Positions 7,754 to 15,797 of a stretch of 64,000 bases of DNA are shown here, piece after piece. The stretch covers positions 64,001 through 128,000 of IMG/VR virus record IMGVR_UViG_3300023174_000057, one strand, 5' to 3'. The notes under the pieces were generated by a model. The model was not told where the DNA came from. It did not search any database and worked only from the letters and a program-made list of their open reading frames with translations. The stretch comes from a virus. A program made the position numbers and the translations under genes. The stretch's first letter is position 1. Every line of letters begins with the position of its first letter.

Positions 7754-7972
7754 ATGGCTTGGGACGCGAACGGATCGCCCATCGAGGGCTCTCAACACCA
7801 CACCCCTGCTCCTACCCCCTCCCCCTCCCCGTCGCGTAAGGGAGCCCTCTCCGACCTCTTCGTCGGATACCGGGAGGCGCTTTCGCTTGCCCTGTCGGAC
7901 GGCGACCTGTCGAAGCTGGACGAGGCTCACGAGGCCCTCAAGTCCCGCATCCGTGAGGACCGACTTCGATGA
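7754..7972 (+). CDS. Hypothetical protein
   Basis: GAGGG SD; ORF. Confidence 0.55.
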   Translation: MAWDANGSPIEGSQHHTPAPTPSPSPSRKGALSDLFVGYREALSLALSDGDLSKLDEAHEALKSRIREDRLR

Positions 7973-8196
7973 TCCGCAACCTTCGCAAGATGTCCTACGC
8001 CCGACTCGCCGCCATCTCACACGCACCCGAGGTCAAGGCGGAGTTGGAACGCCGAAGGCTTCGCCGCTCCGTTCGCAAGCCTTCAGGGCAACCGAGCAAT
8101 GACTACGACCTGATCGTGAGAGACACGGTGGACCGTGTGCGGAGCGCGATCCTTGCGAAGATACTTTCCAATCTCGGCCTCCCCTCGCGGGGGTAG
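7969..8196 (+). CDS. Basic hypothetical protein
   Basis: ATGA overlap with upstream gene. Confidence 0.55.
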   Translation: MIRNLRKMSYARLAAISHAPEVKAELERRRLRRSVRKPSGQPSNDYDLIVRDTVDRVRSAILAKILSNLGLPSRG

Positions 8197-8204
8197 GTCA
8201 ACAC

Positions 8205-8287
8205 GGACGGGTGCCCGAGCGGCCAAAGGGAGCAGACTGTAAATCTGCCGGTTCACGCCTACGTTGGTTCAAATCCAACTCCGTCCA
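8205..8287 (+). tRNA. tRNA-Tyr (GTA)
   Basis: Acceptor GGACGGG/TCCGTCC-A; anticodon arm GCAGA-CTGTAAA-TCTGC; long variable arm; T arm GTTGG-TTCAAAT-CCAAC; followed by CCG, so CCA is not fully encoded. Confidence 0.93.
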
Positions 8288-8349
8288 CCGCCCGGTACAG
8301 GGACCACCGGGCACCCCCACACTCGGTCCCAGCACACACGGAGACACAC

Positions 8350-8553
8350 ATGAGCACGTCCGGTTATGAGATCCGCCACGCCCTCCTGACCCAAGCGCGG
8401 GAGATGCTGTCCGAGCAGTGGCACGCCGCGATGGAAGTCGAGCGCACCAGCGCCGAGCGGGAGAACCGCAACCCGGTCCTGATCCCCGCCCCCACGGTGG
8501 ACGAGATCAAGGCCACCGCCGAGTCCCTGTACGAGTTCGTGCAGAAGAAGTGA
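8350..8553 (+). CDS. Small conserved phage protein
   Basis: GYEIRHALLTQAREML...PTVDEIKATAESLYEFV pattern recalled from large phages; GGAG SD. Confidence 0.7.
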   Translation: MSTSGYEIRHALLTQAREMLSEQWHAAMEVERTSAERENRNPVLIPAPTVDEIKATAESLYEFVQKK

Positions 8554-8581
8554 CCCGCCCCGTGCAGGGCGTAACACGGGG

Positions 8582-9049
8582 ATGCAACCTCTCCCCTGTC
8601 CTGATCTCACCAAGTTCGTGAACACAACCATGTACGAACGCACCCTCACATCCGACGGCTACGAACGCACCCTCACAGCCAAGTTCCTGACTGGACTTCT
8701 TCACAGCCCGGTCTACCGGCGAGCGCACGGCATCGACCGGGTCACGTCGGACATCCATCAGTACCTGTCCCCCCACGACAAGAGAGGGAACGTCCCCACG
8801 GTGTTGCTGCACTATGTGGAGTCTGCCAAGGGAAAGACCCGCCTTGCGGTGAGCGTGCTTCTCAGGAGCGACCCAGAAGGTTCGGTGTCATCCATCCAAG
8901 GGGATCTCACCCGAGGAGCCAACCTCGCAGCGGCAATGTGCGCCAAACTGGGGCTGGTGATGTTCGCTACCGTCCCCATCTCTTACACGACCAATATGTC
9001 TGGGTTGCATATCACATCCGTAGGGGTTCTGGACTTGGGGAGGGCGTAA
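8582..9049 (+). CDS. Hypothetical protein with an internal YERTLT duplication
   Basis: ATG 7 nt after GGGCGTAA; 18-bp repeat TACGAACGCACCCTCACA twice. Confidence 0.55.
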   Translation: MQPLPCPDLTKFVNTTMYERTLTSDGYERTLTAKFLTGLLHSPVYRRAHGIDRVTSDIHQYLSPHDKRGNVPTVLLHYVESAKGKTRLAVSVLLRSDPEGSVSSIQGDLTRGANLAAAMCAKLGLVMFATVPISYTTNMSGLHITSVGVLDLGRA

Positions 9050-9056
9050 TACAAAC

Positions 9057-9191
9057 ATGAGCGAGCGCACCGGGACGATTCAGATGATGTGGGACTGTTC
9101 CCACTGCGGCACCCGCAACCCCGGGATGGGGGGCAAAGAGCGGGAGAGCCTCAAGTGCTCCACCTGCCCGTGTCCGTGCAGCACAGCGTAA
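9057..9191 (+). CDS. 44-aa zinc-ribbon peptide, possibly truncated
   Basis: MSERTGTIQMMWDCSHCGTRNPG...KCSTCPCPCSTA; ATG 7 nt after GGGCGTAA; below ORF-track cutoff. Confidence 0.5.
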   Translation: MSERTGTIQMMWDCSHCGTRNPGMGGKERESLKCSTCPCPCSTA

Positions 9192-9203
9192 GGGGGGATA
9201 GCC

Positions 9204-10574
9204 ATGTCGCTAGACACGAAGCACCGCCCCCGCACCTACGCCGACGTTCTCGGCCAGCGCGAAACGATCACGATCCTCAAGCAGTACGTCTCGACGGGCG
9301 CGGGCTTTCATCAGTCCTACCTGTTCGCGGGGCCGTTCGGGAGCGGCAAGACGACCCTCGCACGGGTGCTCGCCCGAGCTCTGCTGTGCGCCGCCCCGGT
9401 AGACGGCGAGCCCTGCGACCGTTGCACGTCCTGTACATCCCTCTTGGAGGGTGGCACCTCGCCCGATTTCTCCGAGATCGACGCGGCCACCAACAGCGGC
9501 AAGGACTCCGTCCGTCGCATCGTGGACGAGATTCAGTACAGCACCTTCAGCGGGAAGCGGAAGCTGTACCTGCTGGACGAGTCCCACCGTCTGTCCACGG
9601 ACGCCCTCGACGCGCTTCTCAAGCCTCTGGAGGACACCTACCCCGGCACGCAGGACAAGATGCTCGTGTGCATCTTCTGCACGACCGAGCCCGAGCGGAT
9701 GCGAAACACCATCCTGTCTCGGTGCGCCCCAGCGTTCGTCGTTCGCCCGGTACTCCCTGCTCAAGTGGGGGAGCGTTTGGCGATGGTCTGTGACTCCGAG
9801 GGCATCACCTACGAGCGCCCCGCCCTCGATCTGATCGGTGAGATCACCGAGTGCCACATCCGCGACGCACTCAAGGCCGTGGAAGGCGTGTCGATGCTGG
9901 GGGGGATCACCGTCGCCAACGTGGCCCAGTACCTCCACCTCGACTACGCGAACACGGTGCTGGAGATCCTTGGGGCGCTGAAGACGGACCTCCCGACCGC
10001 CCTCGCTCGCGCCGAGGGGCTCCTCAAGACCATGTCCCCCATCACCCTGTACGAGAAGTTGTCGGACATGGCGATGCTCTGTTACAGGAGCTCCCTTGGC
10101 TCCGTTGCGGTTCCGACCTACCTCGACCGCGCTCTCGTGGAGGACGTGGGCAAGTCCGTGGGGGACTCCCTCCTCGACTACGCCGAGAAGCTCTCTGCCC
10201 GACCCGGTCGGCCTACCGCCGCGATGTTGGTCTGCGACCTGTCGCAGTTGCACCGAGGTCCGAGGTCCGTTACCGTCGAGCCCCCAAAAGCACCGACCCC
10301 CAGCGTTCGCCCCAAGACAGAGGGTAACGTCAAGCCACCCGATGATAAGCCATCTATCGTGGATTCGGTGTACATCAACCCACGCGCGGTCAACGCCCGC
10401 GTGCCTGACGCTTCACCGCCGCCCGTCTCGTCTGCTCCGTCCGCTTACAAGCCGTTGGAGTTCTTTCAACTCGTCAAGCGCAGAGTGACCGAACTCACGA
10501 CGCAGAACGGGTCAGACGTTGGACAAGCGGGACGAAACGACATGGGCGACTTTGGAACTCACCAAGGCGGGTGA
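9204..10574 (+). CDS. dnaX: DNA polymerase III gamma/tau clamp-loader subunit
   Basis: KHRPRTYADVLGQ, Walker A GPFGSGKTT, Zn module C...CDRCTSC, EIDAATN, LLDESH, TILSRC. Confidence 0.92.
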   Translation: MSLDTKHRPRTYADVLGQRETITILKQYVSTGAGFHQSYLFAGPFGSGKTTLARVLARALLCAAPVDGEPCDRCTSCTSLLEGGTSPDFSEIDAATNSGKDSVRRIVDEIQYSTFSGKRKLYLLDESHRLSTDALDALLKPLEDTYPGTQDKMLVCIFCTTEPERMRNTILSRCAPAFVVRPVLPAQVGERLAMVCDSEGITYERPALDLIGEITECHIRDALKAVEGVSMLGGITVANVAQYLHLDYANTVLEILGALKTDLPTALARAEGLLKTMSPITLYEKLSDMAMLCYRSSLGSVAVPTYLDRALVEDVGKSVGDSLLDYAEKLSARPGRPTAAMLVCDLSQLHRGPRSVTVEPPKAPTPSVRPKTEGNVKPPDDKPSIVDSVYINPRAVNARVPDASPPPVSSAPSAYKPLEFFQLVKRRVTELTTQNGSDVGQAGRNDMGDFGTHQGG

Positions 10575-11121
10575 GGGAAAAGCCATTGAGGGGGGTCTGT
10601 CCCGGTCTCTGCGCTCGTTGTTGGGGGTGGACGAGTCCTTCCCGGTCTTCGTGCCCTATGCCAGTTACACCAAGGGGGGCCGCACCGTATCGGTGCGACT
10701 GATCGAGGGCTATGCCTTCGTCGGCACGGGCCTTCCCGAGGTCAAGTACTTCGGGCTGGAGCGGTCTGCTCTGGTGGCGCGGGTCTTCTCGGCCAGCATG
10801 AACGGGATGCGTGTCCTACACACGCTCCCCAACACCGAGATCGAGGGGATGCGGTCGCGCCTCTCGGAGTCCATGAGCGCCGATTTTGAGGTCGGCACGA
10901 GGGTGCGGATCACCGGGGGCAACTATCGCGACCTTGAGGGAACCATCGTTGACCTGTACGACAAGAAGCTCGCGGTCCGGGTGGAGTTCCGTTCGCTCAC
11001 CTCGATTGTCGTCGTCCCTCGCAACTTGGCGGCTTTCATAACCCCCGACGACTCACCCAAGCCCGAGACCGATGAGCCTCTGTCCCTTGACGAACTGATG
11101 GAGAGCGGGGAATGGACATGA
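10519..11121 (+). CDS. nusG: NusG-family transcription elongation/antitermination factor (NGN + KOW)
   Basis: VFVP...LIEGYAFV NGN motif; FEVGTRVRITGGNYRDLEGTIVD KOW motif; start uncertain (TTG). Confidence 0.75.
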   Translation: MDKRDETTWATLELTKAGEGKAIEGGLSRSLRSLLGVDESFPVFVPYASYTKGGRTVSVRLIEGYAFVGTGLPEVKYFGLERSALVARVFSASMNGMRVLHTLPNTEIEGMRSRLSESMSADFEVGTRVRITGGNYRDLEGTIVDLYDKKLAVRVEFRSLTSIVVVPRNLAAFITPDDSPKPETDEPLSLDELMESGEWT

Positions 11122-11690
11122 CGTGGTTGCTCAACGTGTCCCCCGAGGACACGATCATGTCTTTCGGCAGCATCTTCACCGACCCCGACGAGGACGACCT
11201 CCAAGTGATCGAGCGGGTCCGCAAGATCCTCGACCGCCTCCCGGTGATCGAGGCGGACTTCGTTGATCTGTATTTCTTCCGGCACATCCGGCAGACGGAC
11301 ATCGCGGCGATCTTCGGGGTGAGCCAGCCCACGGTTTGTTACCGCCTCCAGCGGGCGATCCAGCGGATCAAGTACCTGTTGGAGGTGCCCAAGGTCGAAC
11401 TGGAGCCTCTTCGCGCCGACCTGCGGCGCTTCTTCACGGACCCGGTGGACATCGAGATCCTCGTCCTCATGTACGAGACCACCTGCCAGAGTGAAACTGC
11501 CAAGCGTCTGGGCGTGACCCAAGGGTTCGTGCGGCACAGGTTCATCCGCTCGGCCAAGAGGTTGAACACCCACCCCTCGATGCACTTCTACGGCGAGGTG
11601 TTCGCGACCGTCTCGCGTAACCTCAACCTCCTCCGCGAGGTGCAGCGGACCTTCCCGACGATCCGGTCGGGCTACGTCCTCGACTCTTAG
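11112..11690 (+). CDS. Transcription regulator with two sigma-70 region-4-like HTH domains
   Basis: LDRLP..EADFVDLYFF...QTDIAAIFGVSQPTVCYRLQRA and QSETAKRLGVTQGFVRHRF. Confidence 0.7.
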   Translation: MDMTWLLNVSPEDTIMSFGSIFTDPDEDDLQVIERVRKILDRLPVIEADFVDLYFFRHIRQTDIAAIFGVSQPTVCYRLQRAIQRIKYLLEVPKVELEPLRADLRRFFTDPVDIEILVLMYETTCQSETAKRLGVTQGFVRHRFIRSAKRLNTHPSMHFYGEVFATVSRNLNLLREVQRTFPTIRSGYVLDS

Positions 11691-11728
11691 CCCCGGCGCT
11701 ATCTTCCCTATCCACCCCCGTGGGGTAG

Positions 11729-12061
11729 GTGACAACCTTGAAGACCCCTCCTTCGACGGTGCGCGTGGTGATGGCCAAGTCGGTGGCGAACCGATGGCTC
11801 CAAGGGATCACCCGCAGCGAGTACCGCTTCATGATCTTCGGGTTCGCCCATCCGTCGAAGGCCAAGAAGTTTGCCTCGACCCTGCGCTCCATCCGCGACC
11901 GTCAGCACAAGCAAGCCTCTGTGTCCCTCCCAGCCATCTCCGACCTTGGGGTGAAGGATCGCGGCGACATGGTGGAGGTGTGGTCCTCCAACGTCGAAGC
12001 TCTCCGCAAGCTCGCCAAGGTGGCCGAGGCGATGGGGCTCAACACCGACTTCATCTGGTGA
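11729..12061 (+). CDS. Hypothetical late protein
   Basis: ORF following the CTATC...GGTAGG motif at 11708. Confidence 0.6.
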   Translation: MTTLKTPPSTVRVVMAKSVANRWLQGITRSEYRFMIFGFAHPSKAKKFASTLRSIRDRQHKQASVSLPAISDLGVKDRGDMVEVWSSNVEALRKLAKVAEAMGLNTDFIW

Positions 12062-12067
12062 CGGACG

Positions 12068-12496
12068 ATGGCTTTCCAGCGCACCAACTTCGACTTCACC
12101 TACCGTAGTGGTGTCTCTCCGAACTACTACTACTTCACGATCAGCATCGACCAAGGCGGGTTGATCTCGGTCAAGAACATCGAGAGCCCACAGGGGCGGA
12201 TCGTTGACTCACAGACTTCCATCCCGCAGTCCGTGACCGACGACATTCAGTCGGCCATCGCCCAAGTGGAGAACTTTGTGGCCCAGACCAGCGCCGTGAA
12301 TGGACAACTGACCTTCGCCGGGGAAACCACCAAGACGGTGACCTTCGTGACGCCGTTCGTGGGCACGTCCTACCGGGTGGTGTTCTCGGTGCAGGACTTC
12401 GTGCCCGTGCGGGTCACGGGGAAAACCACTACCGGGTTTCAAGTCCAAGTCGGCGTGGTTTATACCGGAATTGTGGGATATGATGTCTTTGTCTAG
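12068..12496 (+). CDS. Putative virion protein with C-terminal beta-sandwich domain
   Basis: C-terminus TVTFVTPF..TSYRVV...VTGKTTTGFQV resembles the end of 13140-14324. Confidence 0.6.
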   Translation: MAFQRTNFDFTYRSGVSPNYYYFTISIDQGGLISVKNIESPQGRIVDSQTSIPQSVTDDIQSAIAQVENFVAQTSAVNGQLTFAGETTKTVTFVTPFVGTSYRVVFSVQDFVPVRVTGKTTTGFQVQVGVVYTGIVGYDVFV

Positions 12497-13136
12497 GGCC
12501 AAACTGGGCGGTGTTTACCGCATCAATCTGTCCCCGATCCACTTCTATGTAGGCCGCACCTCTGATCTTTCCCGGAGGGCTCAGACGCATCTGCGGCTTC
12601 TCCGTCAGGGCAAGCATGAGAACGGGTATATGCAGCGGGTGTTCAACCAGTACCTCCAGTTTGAGTGGGAGATTTTGTTGCCCTGCGCGAGCACGGAGGA
12701 TGCTGTAAAAGCCGAGCAGTTCTTGCTCAACAGCTTGTTCAGGACAGATGGTTGCGTGAACCTGAGCCAGAATGCGGTGTACGGCCCCGGAATGACCGGG
12801 AAGCGGCACACCGAAGCCACGAAGAAGCTGATTAGGGAGGCCAGAACCTACCAGACCTTTTCTGATGAAACTCGGCAGAAAATGTCCCGTGCGAATAAGG
12901 GGAACCAGAGAGCCCGAGGGCACCGTCATCAGAAGTCGGATGATCTGCGACGAAGGATGTCGGAGGCCCAAAAGGGGAGGGCCTTCACAGAAGCCCATCG
13001 CCAAGCTCTGTCTCAGGCTTGGAAGAGTAGACCCCCAGTTTCGGATGCAACACGTCAGAAATTATCTACGGCCCAAAAAGCTCGTTGGGAAAAGGTACGT
13101 CTAGGGCAAACCGTTACCAGCCCGAGCGAGGATTGA
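12471..13136 (+). CDS. Free-standing GIY-YIG homing endonuclease with NUMOD3-like repeats
   Basis: GGVYRI...FYVGRTSDLSRR..H; GKRHTEATKKLI, FSDETRQKMS, SDATRQKLS repeats; lower GC; start may be 12480/12483. Confidence 0.88.
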   Translation: MWDMMSLSRAKLGGVYRINLSPIHFYVGRTSDLSRRAQTHLRLLRQGKHENGYMQRVFNQYLQFEWEILLPCASTEDAVKAEQFLLNSLFRTDGCVNLSQNAVYGPGMTGKRHTEATKKLIREARTYQTFSDETRQKMSRANKGNQRARGHRHQKSDDLRRRMSEAQKGRAFTEAHRQALSQAWKSRPPVSDATRQKLSTAQKARWEKVRLGQTVTSPSED

Positions 13137-13139
13137 ACA

Positions 13140-14324
13140 ATGCCGCAACCGAACTTCCAAGTGGACGGGCTGAGGGTCGAGCCCGGATCGGGTCAGACCC
13201 TCACCATCACCCGCGACGCCGCCACGGGCTCCCTGCGGTTCACCGACGCCGTGGTCCCGGGCGGCATCAACCTCGCGTCCCTCGCGGGGCTGGGCACCAT
13301 CGCGGGCGTGTTGGTGGTGGGCGCTTCGGGCACGGGCGCGCAATACACGACCGTCCAGAGCGCGATCAACGCCGTCCCGGCGAATGCCAGCCTCACGAAC
13401 CCCTACGTCGTCCTTGTGATGCCGGGGGTGTACAGCGAGAATCTCACCATCGAGAAGGCCGGGATCACCGTGCAGGGCATCGGGCGCGCGGTGATCCAAG
13501 CCGCGAGCGTGGCGGGGACGGTCACGGTGCAGGAAGCCGTCGCTTCCGTCCCGACCTCCCTCACCCTGCGAAACCTCGTGCTCGTCAACGCCAACAACGG
13601 CGAGGCGTGCGTGGACATCGTCGGCGGCGCGGGTAGCACCGTGGGCGCAGACGGGATCACCCTCGACGGGTGCGATCTCCGTCCCACGGGCGTGGGCGGG
13701 TACACGGTGTACGCCGACACGGTGAACTACGTCACCCTCACGGGGTGCCAAGCCACGGGTGCTCCCGGCACGGCGAGCCTTCGGGTGAACCAGTGTGCGG
13801 GTTTCACCGCCCTCAACAGCACCCTCCCTGCCGTCCAAGCGGACTACACCACGGCGGGCAGCATCCCTTCGGTGGTGGGCAGTGCCTACTACCTGTCGGG
13901 ATGTCCCTCCGTTGGGAACGTCCTTTCGACACTCACCAACGCCGGGTCGCTGGTCATCAGCGGGTGCCCCTCCGTGGGGAATCTGACCCTCAACGGAAAC
14001 CGCACCCTCGCTGTAACCACCTCCAGCGTCGGAAACGTCACGGTCAACGGCACCACGGCTGCGACGCTCCGTAACTCGACGCGAGGTACGGCTGCGGGCG
14101 CGGGCACCCTGCTGGAGTCCCAACTGTCGGGCTCGACGGTGTTCGCGGCAAGCGCCACGGAGACAGTGACCTTCCCTGTCGCCCGACCGAATGCCAACTA
14201 CACGGTGTCGCTGGACACGGGGCTCAACACCGTGTCGCGGGTCACGAACAAGCTCACCACCAGCTTCGACATCGTGTTCACCGCCCCGGTGAGCACCACC
14301 GTCTACTGGACCGTTCTGTCCTAG
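13140..14324 (+). CDS. Virion tailspike/fibre-like protein with pectin-lyase-like beta-helix
   Basis: YTTVQSAINAVP...VVLVMPGVYSENLTI cap motif; Gly/Thr/Val-rich repeats. Confidence 0.65.
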   Translation: MPQPNFQVDGLRVEPGSGQTLTITRDAATGSLRFTDAVVPGGINLASLAGLGTIAGVLVVGASGTGAQYTTVQSAINAVPANASLTNPYVVLVMPGVYSENLTIEKAGITVQGIGRAVIQAASVAGTVTVQEAVASVPTSLTLRNLVLVNANNGEACVDIVGGAGSTVGADGITLDGCDLRPTGVGGYTVYADTVNYVTLTGCQATGAPGTASLRVNQCAGFTALNSTLPAVQADYTTAGSIPSVVGSAYYLSGCPSVGNVLSTLTNAGSLVISGCPSVGNLTLNGNRTLAVTTSSVGNVTVNGTTAATLRNSTRGTAAGAGTLLESQLSGSTVFAASATETVTFPVARPNANYTVSLDTGLNTVSRVTNKLTTSFDIVFTAPVSTTVYWTVLS

Positions 14325-14395
14325 CTATTTGCTCTATCGCGCCCCGTACTCTAGGTGGACCCCTGCCCTTGGGGGTTCCCCGTCGAGGTGTGAAG

Positions 14396-14923
14396 GTGAG
14401 CAAGTTCTGGGAAAACGGCGGGTTCTTTGTCCCTGCCACGGCGGGTTCGTTGGACTCCCACCTGTCCGGTGACTCCACGATGCAGGACTATGCCCGGGGC
14501 CGCAAGGCTTCGGGTCCGGTTCCATCGGGCACCCGTGTGGCGTTCTCCGGGGGGCTCTCAGCCCTACTCGCCTACCCCGACCCTCCCGAGCGCGGTGAGA
14601 CCGGCACGGTGGTGATGGTCCGCACGGCGATGGGTGACGCGACCGAGCAGGACGGGATGGTCTTCGTCAAGCTCGACAGCGGTCGCCTCGCCGCCCTTCA
14701 CCGAGAGCACCTCCGACGCGCTCCGACCGTTACCCGCACGGCCAACGCCTACCGGATGAACGTGACGGCGATGGGTGACCTGACGGACTTCATGAAGTCG
14801 GCGGGCGGGGGAGACGAGCTCATCCACAAGGCCACGAAGGACTTGTGGAAGTTGTCGAAGTCCGGTGGTGATTTCGTGATCGAGAGACTCTTCGACGAGA
14901 CGGGCAAGCCCCTCAAGGTGTGA
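14396..14923 (+). CDS. Hypothetical late/virion protein
   Basis: GAGG SD before GTG; C-terminal LIHKATKDLWKL...IERLFDETGKPLKV. Confidence 0.6.
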   Translation: MSKFWENGGFFVPATAGSLDSHLSGDSTMQDYARGRKASGPVPSGTRVAFSGGLSALLAYPDPPERGETGTVVMVRTAMGDATEQDGMVFVKLDSGRLAALHREHLRRAPTVTRTANAYRMNVTAMGDLTDFMKSAGGGDELIHKATKDLWKLSKSGGDFVIERLFDETGKPLKV

Positions 14924-14924
14924 C

Positions 14925-15797
14925 ATGACCGACCGCAAGCCCGACCCCAAGAGCATCGCCCGCCGACAGATGATCCGCACGGCGGGAGAAGTCCGCTTCA
15001 TCAAGGACAAGTCCAACGACGCCAACCAGTGGGCGTGGAACGACTCCGGTCCCCAAGAGCGGAAGATCACCCCGGACTTCGCCTTCGACCCGAGGAACAC
15101 CAAGCCCCTCGCCAAGGTGCTGCGGTCCACCAACGCGGCACTGGGCCATGCCATGTCGGCCTACGCCATCTTCACGAAGATCAAGTCGGCGGATGTCTCT
15201 CCCGATGGCAGCTTGGGTGGCAAAGGGTACATCCAGAAGATCGCGGAGATGCGACGGGCTTACATGAACGTGGTGGAAGCCATGAGTGCCCTGTCCGACA
15301 CCCTGTACGACGAGATCCGTGCGCCTCACTGGGCGGCGGTGTCCCGGCAGGAAGATCCCGAGGAGCGCGCCGAGGTCGAGCAGATCGTCGAGGACGCGGT
15401 CGAGATCAAGCAAGACCCCGAGGGCTGGGCCGAGGACCAAGAAGACGAGATGGACGAGGAGAACGAGGAAGAGATGGCTGCGAAGGCCGTCAAACTCGCC
15501 TCCAAGTTCGCCGCAAAGGTCTGGTCTCCCGAGGTAGTGGACGAGATGTTGCCCGACGTAGAACACTCCAACACCATATGGGGGGTGGAGTCTAGCCTCC
15601 GTTCCACAGCCCCCCTCGTACATTTGGCCGAGGATCTCATCTGGCAGATGGGCTACGAAGAGTCCATGACCGGGGCAAAAATGGCGGCGGTTCCGTCCCT
15701 GCTGGCGTGGGCAAAGGCCCGAGGCCACTTGAAGACTATCCGGGGTGAATACGAGAAGGGCAAGAAGGACGGCTTTGAAGCCCGAGGTGACCAATGA
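14925..15797 (+). CDS. Hypothetical virion-module protein with acidic tract
   Basis: Long ORF in the late operon. Confidence 0.7.
   Translation: MTDRKPDPKSIARRQMIRTAGEVRFIKDKSNDANQWAWNDSGPQERKITPDFAFDPRNTKPLAKVLRSTNAALGHAMSAYAIFTKIKSADVSPDGSLGGKGYIQKIAEMRRAYMNVVEAMSALSDTLYDEIRAPHWAAVSRQEDPEERAEVEQIVEDAVEIKQDPEGWAEDQEDEMDEENEEEMAAKAVKLASKFAAKVWSPEVVDEMLPDVEHSNTIWGVESSLRSTAPLVHLAEDLIWQMGYEESMTGAKMAAVPSLLAWAKARGHLKTIRGEYEKGKKDGFEARGDQ

Noticed and set aside
12471-13136. Group I intron around the GIY-YIG gene
   Set aside because: Flanking genes each look complete with their own stop and start, and there is no non-coding space for intron core structure.
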